From an uncultured virus (IMG/VR IMGVR_UViG_3300020180_000011) (lineage: Duplodnaviria > Heunggongvirae > Uroviricota > Caudoviricetes): a stretch of DNA of 64,000 nt. Positions within the stretch are counted from its first letter, which is position 1. Each line of letters opens with the position of its first letter. Below the pieces are notes generated by a model. The model saw only the letters and a program-made list of their open reading frames with translations. It did no database searches and had not been told where the DNA came from. The stretch lies in IMG/VR virus record IMGVR_UViG_3300020180_000011; one strand, 5' to 3'. Below are positions 8,629 to 18,756 of this stretch, in pieces. The position numbers and the translations under genes were made by a program.

Positions 8629-9128
8629 GCATATATTTAGAAAAACCTATATATCCTGCAGGATTTAGATTCACTGATAATGAGTCTGACTATATTGCTA
8701 AGTACTTGCAAGATAAAGTTAACCAAGTTTTTTCTACCGTATATTCATTTCCGCTTATTAAGACATACAGAACATTTAACGATATAGCTATACCCCTAAT
8801 AGACTTTCCTTGTCTGAAAGTCTACAGAACTAATGAAAGACTATATGCGGATTACAGCTCTGTGCTCATTACTTCATTTGCTATATCTTACATAGTTGCT
8901 TTCAGCACCAAACAACTTGTACCTGCCATTAGTGAAGCAGTATCTACAGAGCTTGTACGCTTGTTAATAAACAGTTCTTCAGATGATAGTTTTAAGTATC
9001 AAGTAGATTTTACCAACGGGTATCCTTCTACTCAATTTGATAGTTTTATAAATCCCTCTAACACAGTATTTAATTATGCTACTCTTAATGTAAGCATATA
9101 CTCAGACTACAAATCTTTAGCACCTTAA
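8625..9128 (+). CDS. Putative neck/tail terminator-like protein, paralog 2
   Basis: Full-length similarity to the preceding gene; DIAIPLIDFPCLKVYRT. Confidence 0.55.
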   Translation: MSIYLEKPIYPAGFRFTDNESDYIAKYLQDKVNQVFSTVYSFPLIKTYRTFNDIAIPLIDFPCLKVYRTNERLYADYSSVLITSFAISYIVAFSTKQLVPAISEAVSTELVRLLINSSSDDSFKYQVDFTNGYPSTQFDSFINPSNTVFNYATLNVSIYSDYKSLAP

Positions 9129-9130
9129 CT

Positions 9131-9502
9131 ATGCCACTCTCTAATACCGCTCGTAACACAGCAGTTGTCGCACTAACTAACACGTTCACTACTCTACAGT
9201 TTGCTGCAGATGACACTTTTAGTCCCATTCTTGCTACTATTACTTTTGCTGGATTTGGTACTGCTACTGCAGGCGCTAGGTCTGCTAATGCCATTGCACC
9301 CTCAACAGTAGCGAACACAGGTAACATTGAAGCTTGGCGAGTACGAGATTCTGGTAACGTAACTCTGATTGACGAGACTGGAGCACTTGCTGTAACTGGT
9401 ACAGGTGGTGGCGGTATCGTTGTCCTAAACCAAGCTACTACCGCAGTAACTGCAGGGCAAACATTAACCATTGACACTTTCACTGTGACTGTGCCTGCTT
9501 AA
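9131..9502 (+). CDS. Small virion structural protein
   Basis: Thr/Ala-rich beta protein ending VTAGQTLTIDTFTVTVPA, a pattern common in phage tail proteins. Confidence 0.6.
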   Translation: MPLSNTARNTAVVALTNTFTTLQFAADDTFSPILATITFAGFGTATAGARSANAIAPSTVANTGNIEAWRVRDSGNVTLIDETGALAVTGTGGGGIVVLNQATTAVTAGQTLTIDTFTVTVPA

Positions 9503-9544
9503 TAAGTTAAAATCAATAACATAACCTCTAAGGATAAATAAATT

Positions 9545-10396
9545 ATGGTTGGTATCGCTTTTCAACGTCTTCAAACTATTGCTTCTACTTTCAACGCGGT
9601 AGTCTCTCCTGGTTTTACTGTTACCCAAGGAGCTAAATTCCACATTCCTCTAACCTTTGATGGTTTCTCTAGTGCTGTCACAGACCGAACTGTTACTGCA
9701 ACTACTGTAGCTACTGCTGCAAACGGCTCAGGCGTCACTACTATTACTGGGACTGCTGGTAAATTCGACCAGGTGCGCATTGGCGACATCATTGGCTCAC
9801 TTAGTACTGGTACTTTAACTGCTCGTACCGCAGTTACCGTAGCTTGTGCCACTTTCCAAGGGCTTAGCTATATTGTTTATCCTCATACTCTCGACAGCAC
9901 GACTCTTAATGTACAAGCTGGCGATACTGTTGCAGGTACAGGTATTGGCGCTTCTGCTGTAGTTGACCGTATTGACTATGCTACTCGTCGTATCTTTGTT
10001 ACTGTAGCTTCTACAGCTACTGGTGGAGCTATTACTATCACTTTTCAATCACCTGCTCGGGTAACTGCTGTTCGTACTAGTACCGCAGTAGCTAACCCTA
10101 ACCAGATTGACCTAGACACTACTGCTGCAACTAACGGAGTTGCTAGTACTCTAGTTATCTTAAACGGTGCTCGGGAAGCTGTGTTTGCTGTACTAGCTAT
10201 CACTCCTGTTGGCGACAGTACCGCAGGTCGTGTATCTATTAATTTAGGTGTATCCTTGCTACCTGGCTCTAACGTAGTCGGTTCTGCTGATGGTTTAAAT
10301 CCTATTACCCACAGCACTCTTGCTTTTACAGGTGCAGGCTCATTTAACTTGAGTGGTGATACATTCTTGACTGATGCTCGTGCTCTTCCTGTCTAA
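9545..10396 (+). CDS. Virion structural protein (possible major tail component)
   Basis: RBS AAGGA, Thr/Ala/Gly-rich beta composition, upstream of chaperones and TMP. Confidence 0.55.
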   Translation: MVGIAFQRLQTIASTFNAVVSPGFTVTQGAKFHIPLTFDGFSSAVTDRTVTATTVATAANGSGVTTITGTAGKFDQVRIGDIIGSLSTGTLTARTAVTVACATFQGLSYIVYPHTLDSTTLNVQAGDTVAGTGIGASAVVDRIDYATRRIFVTVASTATGGAITITFQSPARVTAVRTSTAVANPNQIDLDTTAATNGVASTLVILNGAREAVFAVLAITPVGDSTAGRVSINLGVSLLPGSNVVGSADGLNPITHSTLAFTGAGSFNLSGDTFLTDARALPV

Positions 10397-10791
10397 TGAC
10401 AATTAAAGTTTTTGACAAGACGTATAAGTCTTGCAGTAACTTATTTGTAGATACTTATATAGGAGAAGAGTTTTGCTTCCCTTCTCCTATATCTATCTTT
10501 GCTACTATTGAAAATGAGCCTAAGAACATTCAAAACAAACTAGAGGTAGTCTTTAGTAGTTATAACGAATCCATCCTTACGCTAGACTATACTTTCTCTT
10601 TATTCTTTTTTCTATTGAATTTTGAGTACAAGATAGAAACATTCCACTTTCCAGTATTGATGAAACAAGAATCCTCTCCCGAAACCTACGGCTACAAAGG
10701 TATTTATACTTTCAATAGCGCCGAACTATTAACCAACCAAGGAACAACGGAGATATATGACCAGTACCTTAAAGTCAAAGCCTCAGTATAA
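10396..10791 (+). CDS. Hypothetical tail-region protein
   Basis: TAATG coupling to the upstream gene. Confidence 0.55.
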   Translation: MTIKVFDKTYKSCSNLFVDTYIGEEFCFPSPISIFATIENEPKNIQNKLEVVFSSYNESILTLDYTFSLFFFLLNFEYKIETFHFPVLMKQESSPETYGYKGIYTFNSAELLTNQGTTEIYDQYLKVKASV

Positions 10792-11206
10792 GACCATTTC
10801 TGTAACCAAAGATAACGGCTCAGTTGTGCAAGTATGCCGCTGTAAGCTAGCTAATCTGGAAACTTTGATGGAGGTGCAAGAGCGTTTGTTAGTTGCGTAT
10901 GTGCAAGCCGATGGAGCTATGGCTAAGCTATTTACTAACCCAGAGTTGGTTGCAGACCTAGAGCTAGCTTGTAGCCTGCTACCTATCACAGGAAAAGAAG
11001 ATACCTCTTTAGACTACTCTGAGATTTGTGAGAACTGGGAACAGACAGTGCTGCTCCTGCTTAATGGTGGGCTAGACGTAGACACCCGAGAAATCGGTAC
11101 GGTACGTCCCTCCAAAGTGAGTCAGCTACATTTTTTGCCCTACATGGAAACGGTACGGAAGACCATCTTATCCATGAAGGAAGAGGCAGAAAAACTAGAA
11201 GGATAA
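10757..11206 (+). CDS. Tail assembly chaperone (G-like)
   Basis: RBS GGAG; two genes upstream of TMP; contains an in-phase slippery heptamer. Confidence 0.65.
   Translation: MTSTLKSKPQYKTISVTKDNGSVVQVCRCKLANLETLMEVQERLLVAYVQADGAMAKLFTNPELVADLELACSLLPITGKEDTSLDYSEICENWEQTVLLLLNGGLDVDTREIGTVRPSKVSQLHFLPYMETVRKTILSMKEEAEKLEG
11131..11137 (+). other. Candidate -1 programmed frameshift site T TTT TTG
   Basis: X XXY YYZ heptamer in the chaperone frame; the -1 frame is open from 11065 to 11514. Confidence 0.55.
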
Positions 11207-11256
11207 CTGAGTTACGGTATCCTAAAGTTGAAGAAGACGACTACCCTACATCTACT

Positions 11257-11514
11257 GTGTTACTTAGTTGTCTTCTAAATGCTTATCCTGAGAATGGTCT
11301 AGAGTTATTTAATACCTATGATTATTGGACATGCAAGGAACTAATTGACATAGCTAACAATAGCAGGATACCTCCTGAAATAAAAATACAGGAAGCTGAA
11401 AATGTTAAGTTTAATGCATACCTAGATAAGTACAGCAGAAGTAAGTTTGGTTGGTTATATCTAACACCCCTAAACTTATGGCAAATTAAGGCTACCAAGG
11501 ATACTAATTTCTAA
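11257..11514 (+). CDS. Tail assembly chaperone T-like segment (probably reached by frameshift)
   Basis: Weak GTG start; frame open upstream across the chaperone gene; abuts TMP. Confidence 0.55.
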   Translation: MLLSCLLNAYPENGLELFNTYDYWTCKELIDIANNSRIPPEIKIQEAENVKFNAYLDKYSRSKFGWLYLTPLNLWQIKATKDTNF

Positions 11515-14500
11515 ATGGCATCTCTAACTGAAAAACTAAGAAAAGATATTGAGGGCGACTTAGCCCGAATTGATAAAGCTTTTCTAGGTTTAGGAGGAGA
11601 TGTCAAAACTGCTGTCAGTAGCTTTACTGGTGCAAGTAAAAATGTTACAGGATTCTCTAAGTCTTTAACTGGTGCAGAAACTTCTCTGGCTAGGCTCAGC
11701 AAAGGATTTGGTGCAGCAGCTTTAGCTTCGGGAGGTTTAGTTGCTGGAGTATTTGCTATAAGCTCTGCTGCTACTACGTTAGGTGGCGCAGTTACTCTTG
11801 CTGTAAAAGGATTTGATTCTTTTAAAGAGTTTGCAGGAGTTACAAAAACCCTAACTTTTGCAGAAGCTATTACTGGTAGCACCAAGCTTGCAGATAACCT
11901 AGGTATTGTAGACCTTGCAGGTAATAAGTTAGCAGGAACTATTACTGCTGTAGGCAGCATACTTAGCAATGACGGTAACTTTCAAAAGTACAGTCAGCAG
12001 GGTATACAAGCTTTTGCAGGATTAGAAACTGCTGCTTTTAGATACAACACAGTAACCAACAAATCTGGTGAAACTAGTATATCTAGAATTGCTGAGACTA
12101 TTAAGCAAACAAGGGAGTTACAAAAAGCTACTAACTTTGCCACTGATTCAGTATCCCTGTTAAATGCTCAGTATGATATTGCATCTGGTGGCTTTAGTAG
12201 CCAAAAAGAAGTTACTCAAGTAGCTAAAGCCAGTACAAACTTATCTGAAGCAGGTTTTGCTGGCTCTGGAGAATCTAGTGGAGCGCTAGTAAAAGTTCTT
12301 AAGGCTGGGGGAGAAGATGCATCTCAAGCAGACAAGAGAGCTGCCCAGGTCTTTGAGACGGCTAAGATTGGTATTACGACTGTTAGTGAGCTTAGCAGCG
12401 AACTAGGGCCTTTAAGAGCCGCTGCCGAAGGTGCAGGTGCTAGTTTTGAGGATGTGTCTGCTGCATTAGCTATCTTAACTACTCAAGGTGTATCTACTTC
12501 AGAAGCAGGGACATTACTTACAGGTTTACTAGGAGACATTGCTGCTAACAGTGATAGTGCTAAAGAGGCGTTAGCTGGATTTAGTGATGAAGCAGGCAAG
12601 ACCGTACAACTGGGTACAGGTCAGCTTAAAGAGAAAGGCTTAGCAGGCATCTTAAAAGGATTAGAGTCTGCTACTAAGGGACAACTTCCTGCCTTACAGA
12701 AGATTTTTTCTAACGCTTCTTCTCAGCAAGCAGCACAGCTGTTAATTGGAGGAGGTACTGATAAGCTTGCATCTGCCTCAGCCCAGATTAGGGATGTAGA
12801 CTCTAGTGGCTTAGCCAAAGAAGCAGAGGGTAAAGGACAGACATTAGAAGGTGCTTTTGGTAAGGCTTTTAACAAGAGTCAAGCGGATGTAGAAGACTTT
12901 GGTTCGGGCTTAAAAAGTAATGTAATTGACAGATTAACTGACACCAATACTTTGCTGGGTGCTGTAACTGCAGGTAGTGCTGAGTTTATCGGTACTTTAG
13001 GCGGAAAGGTAGAAGGAGTTAGCGATAAATTTAAGGCTATAGGCGGCTTTATTGCTACAGCTTTTAGTATCATTGTCCCTACTATTTTCTTTAACGCCAT
13101 AGTTGGTTACTTCCCTAAAATCTTTGCTGCAGCTAAAAATGCTTTTCAACAGATTACTGGACTAACTCCTGAACTAGGAAATGTATTTCAAGGATTAAAA
13201 ATTGCAGGAGAGAAGGTATTCTTATCTATAGCAGATGCAGCTAAGAAAGGATTTGCTTTAGCTAAAGTCGAGGCACAGAAGTTCGTATTAGAAACAGAAG
13301 CACTACTTAGCAAAGAGCCTGAAGCAGTAGAGAAGTTTGCTAAGGAACAGGGTAGTCAAGTACAATTACCTGAAAGTAATAATTCACCTTTAGGAGATGT
13401 TCTTAACTCTGTAGATAACGATGGCGCTAAAACTCCCAAGCTAGAGCCTGTAACAATAGATGTTACTCCTGTTAAAAGTAGTCTGGCTGAAGCTGGTTCT
13501 GCTATTACTGCGTTTGAGCAGCAATCTTTAGCTACTACTGGTGCCACTTCTTTAGGTTTCCTTGATTTAGGTACAGCTACCCTAGAGACTAAAGGTAAAT
13601 TTTCTGGGTTTGGTAAAGCTGCTATAGGTGCCCTTAAAGGCATCGGCAGTACTATTGTCTCATCTATTGCTTCATTAGGCGCTTTTGCTGTTGCAGGTGC
13701 CGCCATAGCTGCAGCATTTGCTATTGGTGCTGGATGGGTAAGCACTATAGGACAACTATTGGATGAGCGCACCAATCCTCAGATTGCAGAGTTGTCTACT
13801 AGCCTTAAAGCTATTGAAGGCAACAAAGCGCTACAGAACTTAGCTGGGGATATTGAAGGCTCTTCTGCTAAACTGTCTGAATCTAATATATTGTTGGGCA
13901 CAATACAAGAAAGTATCTCCAGGCTAGGAGGTGCTTGGAATGTAGTTACAGGTAATGTTGCTTCTTATGAGCAGTTTGTAGGACGAGCAGAAGAGGCTCA
14001 AGAAATCTTACGTAAGAGCATTGAGCAGACAGGTAAGCTTGCCGCAGAAGGAAGATTTGAAGGTAGAACTAGTGAGTCTAAGACTGCTCAAGGTAAGTTA
14101 GACCGAGGACTAGAGCTAACCAGTAGCGACACTTCGGCACTAGAAAAAGAGAACCAAGAAAACATTCTTGAGATTACTACATCTATTTCTGAGAAGCAGA
14201 GACAGATTGAGGCATTTAAATCTAAAGGTAATGGTAATCCTCAAGAACTAGAGTCTTTAAATGAGCAGCTATCTGTTCTACAAAAAACAGGCGAAGCACA
14301 AAAAGAGGTACTTAAAAATAGGCTTCAGTCTGTAAAAGCTCAGCAGAGTGTTAAGGAGATATCTACTCTAAACACAGATGTACCTCTGACCATCCAGCTT
14401 GAACAGCAAACAATCAGACAAGTAGAAGGTGAGATTGACTTTCTTAAAGAGAAAATTACTAAAGTTTTTTCTGCTGAGAATATTGACCCTAGTGCTTTAA

Positions 14501-17500
14501 ATGATGTATTTCCTCAGCTTCAAAGTGCTGTAGGAGCTATTAATGTTCGGGTAAAAGTTGACCCTAAAGGTGCGTTAGACAGCTTAAAAACTTTACAGAA
14601 GATTCCTAACTTTGACAAACTAATCTTTGGTGACTTAAACTTTAGGAAAACATTCTCAGAGGCATTATCTGGTGTAACCGCTGCTGTAGTTGATGAGGCA
14701 ACTAAGATAGAGACTATTTTCTCTAGCTCTTTAGTTGCAGTAGCTGAGACTTTTAACAGCGTACCTGAGATAAAAATTGCTGCTAACGATTCTCAGCTTG
14801 CGTCAGTCAATGCACAAGTTGCTGCAATAACTGAGGAACTAAATAACCAAGCTACACCGTATGCTAGACAGATTGAATTGCTGGCTCAAATAGAGCAGCT
14901 AGAAGTCAAGCGTAATGCAGTAATAGCAGATAGCAATGTATCTAAAGAGATTGATATACGTAATCAAGTACTATCAGTTACTCAAAGTATTCTAACTGCA
15001 GAACAAGCTCGTATCGGACTACTTAGTCAAGAAGATAAGTTTGCTACTGGCCTAATTGCTAGTGCTCAAGCTAAGACTCAAGCTGCTGAAACAGAGCTAG
15101 CTGTCAGAAAAGAGCAGCTATCTATTGCCTCCAAAGAAGAGCAAATTAAGAAGCAGCAAGGAGTAACTCAGCTAGAGGATAGATTAGGTCGTCAGCAAGG
15201 TAAGTCCAATATCTCTAGTTCTGTAGATAGTCAATCAGCTGCTGTAGTATCTCCTGAGATTGCTGCTGCAACAGCTCAGATTGATTCTATTAAGACAACT
15301 TATGATGCTCAGACATCCCAGATTGAGAGTACCTACAATAGGCAGAAAGAGTTAATTGAAGAGACTTACGGTAAGCAGAAAGAATTACTAGATAAAGAAA
15401 AGACTGATACTACTAAGACATTTAGTAGTGAGACTCAGCAGTTCTCTACTAAAGAACAAAATGATATTGCGGCCTCTTTAAGCAGTGAGATTAAAAAACA
15501 GGGCATAATTGGTGCCGCTACTGCAGGCAGTGCTGTAGGAGCAGATATTACCCGAGCATTGTCGGTAGGAAGTAACGAAGACAAACGTACTGCATTGTTC
15601 AATGATGACGGCACTGTCAAAAGTGTAGAGGCACTCAATAAACTAACTAGTAGCTTAGAGACTGGCTTAGGTGCAGCAATCAATGGTGGAGGTGTTAACA
15701 CTAATACCCTAGCTGTACGAGACACTATTAACAAGAATAAAATTGATTCTTTTGAGGCACAAGGCTCAGACTTAAACAATATTGCCAACAAGCAGAAGGG
15801 GCTAGATTCTCAGAAGAGCTCAGACTTAGCTGCGCTGGATAGTGTAACTGCTAGTCAAAAAGCTGCTGCAGACCAGGCTTTAGCTGACCAACGTAAGACA
15901 GAGGCAGCTCTGGAAGCCGCTAAAAAAGACCTGGCACTGTCAAGTGCTCTATCCGAGGCAAGAATAGCTTTAGAGACCTTCTCAAGCGTTGTAGCTGTCT
16001 CTCAGGCTCGTATAGAAGAAGAGTTTGCTGCTAGAGAAAAGTCTATTCAACAAAATAGCTTGCTAGCAGACAGTTTTACTAAAATTAGTAGTTCTTCAAG
16101 CTTTGAAGGTTCGGGAGTAGGCGCTGACTTAGCTGGTATTGCTTTAGAGCTATCCAATCCTTTAGCTACTGTAATTAAAGATGCAGAAAAAGCATTTGCT
16201 CAACTTGATAGCAAGATTCAGCTACAAGAACAGAGTCTAAGCAATGCTAAGGAAACATTATCTAAGGCAGAAAAAGCTGGAGCATCTGTTGAACAACTAT
16301 CTCCACTTAGAGACAGAGTTAAGAAAGAAGAAGAATCATTAAACACTTCTAGACAAGAGGTGCCATTTGATAAAGCTTTTATTCTGATTAAAACTGCTGC
16401 TGATAAAACTGCTGCTGCACTTCAGGTAGCAGAAGGCAAGTTAGTTCAGGAGTTTGCTTCTCGTGACAAACTAATCAAACAGAATGATGAGTTAGCTAGT
16501 TCTTTTAGTAACTTATCTTCTACTGCAGGGACTTTGTTTTCTAGCAGTGCTCTGGGTGCTTCTTTATCTGCCTTATCTACAGAGGCCAGTAATCCACTAA
16601 ATACCTCTGCTACTAATACTCAGAAACAATTAGCTCAAGTAGATATTAGAACTGAATCTTTACGTACCTTAGCTAGAGAAACTGGAGATGCTGTAAAACA
16701 GGGAGTAGCTCAAGGTTTACCTCAAGCTGCGCTAGACAAGCTTGTGGAGAGCAGGGATAGTGCGAATAGTCAGCTAACTAAAGCTGAGGCTGAGTCTGCT
16801 ACGGACAAGGAGAGTATTACTCAGAGGGGCATCATTGACGGCTTGAATGCCTCATTGCAAGTCTTTTCTAGCAAAGTTCAAGAAGTCTCTGCTGCGATGG
16901 CTAAGCAGTCTGAGATATTTAAGCAGACTATTGATACTCAGCTACAGATTCAACAAGATGCTGCGCAGAACAACAGCTCTATTCGCTCTGCTGATACAGG
17001 TTTTCTATCGTTGTTTGGCTCTAACAATCCTTTTGCCGACATGTTAGGAGACAGGCAACAAGCGTCTTCTTTGCAAGAGCAGGGAAGTGTTAAACAGAGT
17101 GAAGCTATTGCTACTGCTCAGCAAGAATTTATTGATTTGACGGTACTAGACCAGCAGTTATCTTTAGAGCAACAAGGATATGAGAACTCTCTAACTCAGA
17201 CACAATTACTGAGTGATATTCTTACGACTAACCAAGGTGGAGAAGCACAGTTCTCTGGTGAAGGTAGTTCTACTAGTGATTTCTTAGCTAGACTTCCTCA
17301 AATATTTGAAGCTAATGCTCAGTTAACTGCTGCTCGTCGTGACCAGACTCAAGAAAGACTAGCTGCAGTACAACCTAGACTAGATAACAGATTGCAGGGA
17401 ATTCAATTAGAGACATCTGGAAGCTTGCTGAGCAACGCCGCAGGTTCAGGAGACCCTAGACTTGTTGCAGATGCTTTACAGCAATTCCAAGCTGTTAGAC

Positions 17501-17820
17501 CGCAGGCTCAGTTTCAACAGGTCAATGACCCTAGTAGTCGTAACCTTAGCCAAGAGTTTGCTGCTATCTCCAATAACCTTACACAAACTAGAACTTCTTT
17601 AACTCAATCCAGTAATCAGAGTCGTAATGCTCAGAGTGGCTCTTCTACGGCTCAACAACCTGCTCCTATAGTATTTAATACCCAGATACCCATTAACATT
17701 ACTTCGTCTGCTGGCGGGGCTCCTAGAAGTGACTCTCAAGCAGCAATACAAAACTCTGTAAATAGCGCTTTACAGAGTGGGTTAAGTCAGATTGCTGGAA
17801 GAGTAAACAGGGCTAAATAA
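11515..17820 (+). CDS. Tail tape measure protein
   Basis: 2101 aa, Ala/Ser/Gln-rich helical; TP901-type core (YDIASGG, GITTVSEL, GASFEDVSAALAILTTQGVSTSEAGT); hydrophobic segments. Confidence 0.9.
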   Translation: MASLTEKLRKDIEGDLARIDKAFLGLGGDVKTAVSSFTGASKNVTGFSKSLTGAETSLARLSKGFGAAALASGGLVAGVFAISSAATTLGGAVTLAVKGFDSFKEFAGVTKTLTFAEAITGSTKLADNLGIVDLAGNKLAGTITAVGSILSNDGNFQKYSQQGIQAFAGLETAAFRYNTVTNKSGETSISRIAETIKQTRELQKATNFATDSVSLLNAQYDIASGGFSSQKEVTQVAKASTNLSEAGFAGSGESSGALVKVLKAGGEDASQADKRAAQVFETAKIGITTVSELSSELGPLRAAAEGAGASFEDVSAALAILTTQGVSTSEAGTLLTGLLGDIAANSDSAKEALAGFSDEAGKTVQLGTGQLKEKGLAGILKGLESATKGQLPALQKIFSNASSQQAAQLLIGGGTDKLASASAQIRDVDSSGLAKEAEGKGQTLEGAFGKAFNKSQADVEDFGSGLKSNVIDRLTDTNTLLGAVTAGSAEFIGTLGGKVEGVSDKFKAIGGFIATAFSIIVPTIFFNAIVGYFPKIFAAAKNAFQQITGLTPELGNVFQGLKIAGEKVFLSIADAAKKGFALAKVEAQKFVLETEALLSKEPEAVEKFAKEQGSQVQLPESNNSPLGDVLNSVDNDGAKTPKLEPVTIDVTPVKSSLAEAGSAITAFEQQSLATTGATSLGFLDLGTATLETKGKFSGFGKAAIGALKGIGSTIVSSIASLGAFAVAGAAIAAAFAIGAGWVSTIGQLLDERTNPQIAELSTSLKAIEGNKALQNLAGDIEGSSAKLSESNILLGTIQESISRLGGAWNVVTGNVASYEQFVGRAEEAQEILRKSIEQTGKLAAEGRFEGRTSESKTAQGKLDRGLELTSSDTSALEKENQENILEITTSISEKQRQIEAFKSKGNGNPQELESLNEQLSVLQKTGEAQKEVLKNRLQSVKAQQSVKEISTLNTDVPLTIQLEQQTIRQVEGEIDFLKEKITKVFSAENIDPSALNDVFPQLQSAVGAINVRVKVDPKGALDSLKTLQKIPNFDKLIFGDLNFRKTFSEALSGVTAAVVDEATKIETIFSSSLVAVAETFNSVPEIKIAANDSQLASVNAQVAAITEELNNQATPYARQIELLAQIEQLEVKRNAVIADSNVSKEIDIRNQVLSVTQSILTAEQARIGLLSQEDKFATGLIASAQAKTQAAETELAVRKEQLSIASKEEQIKKQQGVTQLEDRLGRQQGKSNISSSVDSQSAAVVSPEIAAATAQIDSIKTTYDAQTSQIESTYNRQKELIEETYGKQKELLDKEKTDTTKTFSSETQQFSTKEQNDIAASLSSEIKKQGIIGAATAGSAVGADITRALSVGSNEDKRTALFNDDGTVKSVEALNKLTSSLETGLGAAINGGGVNTNTLAVRDTINKNKIDSFEAQGSDLNNIANKQKGLDSQKSSDLAALDSVTASQKAAADQALADQRKTEAALEAAKKDLALSSALSEARIALETFSSVVAVSQARIEEEFAAREKSIQQNSLLADSFTKISSSSSFEGSGVGADLAGIALELSNPLATVIKDAEKAFAQLDSKIQLQEQSLSNAKETLSKAEKAGASVEQLSPLRDRVKKEEESLNTSRQEVPFDKAFILIKTAADKTAAALQVAEGKLVQEFASRDKLIKQNDELASSFSNLSSTAGTLFSSSALGASLSALSTEASNPLNTSATNTQKQLAQVDIRTESLRTLARETGDAVKQGVAQGLPQAALDKLVESRDSANSQLTKAEAESATDKESITQRGIIDGLNASLQVFSSKVQEVSAAMAKQSEIFKQTIDTQLQIQQDAAQNNSSIRSADTGFLSLFGSNNPFADMLGDRQQASSLQEQGSVKQSEAIATAQQEFIDLTVLDQQLSLEQQGYENSLTQTQLLSDILTTNQGGEAQFSGEGSSTSDFLARLPQIFEANAQLTAARRDQTQERLAAVQPRLDNRLQGIQLETSGSLLSNAAGSGDPRLVADALQQFQAVRPQAQFQQVNDPSSRNLSQEFAAISNNLTQTRTSLTQSSNQSRNAQSGSSTAQQPAPIVFNTQIPINITSSAGGAPRSDSQAAIQNSVNSALQSGLSQIAGRVNRAK

Positions 17821-17972
17821 TTATTGAGATAGCGACTATTGAGCCAATTGCCTGTACAGTTCTGCATATGTATCTAGGGACATACTCAAACATTTAGAAA
17901 AAGATGGCTTTAATTCTCCGTATGCTAGCATAAGTGTAGCATATAGTAATTTACTGTTGAAGGAAAACAAGA

Positions 17973-18374
17973 ATGTCTCTGTCTATTAAATTTCAAAAAG
18001 TGTTTGGAGTGCCTGTAGCCCCCGATGCCATTAGTGGAGGCACGGTTTCCATTGCATCCTACCCCGCCATCACTGGTGACTTTATCACTAACGTAAACGT
18101 CAACCTCAAAACATATACGTTTGACCTACGTGGTATTAACACTGCACTTGCTGACTCGATTATCCTTATTTGTGATACTAATGCAGAATCACTAGCTAAA
18201 GGTGAGATTGACCTATCTAATCCTACAGGTACTGGTTCTTTCTTGTATCGCGGTATTACTTGCCTGCCTATCTCCTATCAGGATGGCGGTACTATCAACG
18301 TTGCTAACACGACCAACAACTTTAACAGCTTCCAGGTAACTGCGCTAACTGACGTAATCACCGCATCTGTCTAA
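17973..18374 (+). CDS. Tail-associated structural protein
   Basis: RBS AAGGA, follows TMP, beta-rich. Confidence 0.55.
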   Translation: MSLSIKFQKVFGVPVAPDAISGGTVSIASYPAITGDFITNVNVNLKTYTFDLRGINTALADSIILICDTNAESLAKGEIDLSNPTGTGSFLYRGITCLPISYQDGGTINVANTTNNFNSFQVTALTDVITASV

Positions 18375-18392
18375 GTTATACTTGTAGCTATT

Positions 18393-18755
18393 ATGTCTAT
18401 AAGTTTTGGCTACGAATTATTTCAAGGATATCCCGTTGGTGACGATGGGGTATCTTTTGGTTCGGTTGGCGTCAACAATGTTAGTCCTCAATTAGAGATA
18501 CAGGGTCTTATTGTTAGTGCAGGATTAACGGTATCTACAGTCACGCTAACTATTAAGGGATTGCCAGTGGGTAGTGAGCCTTTTCCTTCTGTAACGGCAG
18601 AAGACTTTGGAACATACACATTTACGTTTAGAGACACTCAATACACTTTGTCTAGTACTAGTAGAGGCCCTAAAGTGCGTGTTGGTACAGCTTGGATATA
18701 CCTTAACTGGAGTTGTACAGGTATTGATGCATCTGCTATTAAATTGAGTATTTAA
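18393..18755 (+). CDS. Tail-associated protein, possibly a distant paralog of the preceding gene
   Basis: Similar N-terminus (MSISFGYELFQGYPV vs MSLSIKFQKVFGVPV) and size. Confidence 0.5.
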   Translation: MSISFGYELFQGYPVGDDGVSFGSVGVNNVSPQLEIQGLIVSAGLTVSTVTLTIKGLPVGSEPFPSVTAEDFGTYTFTFRDTQYTLSSTSRGPKVRVGTAWIYLNWSCTGIDASAIKLSI

Positions 18756-18756
18756 G

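Noticed and set aside
17821..17972. Intergenic gap after TMP with a short TATGCTA/TAGCATA inverted repeat and tiny - strand ORFs
   Set aside because: Too short and AT-rich to support a call; probably a promoter region
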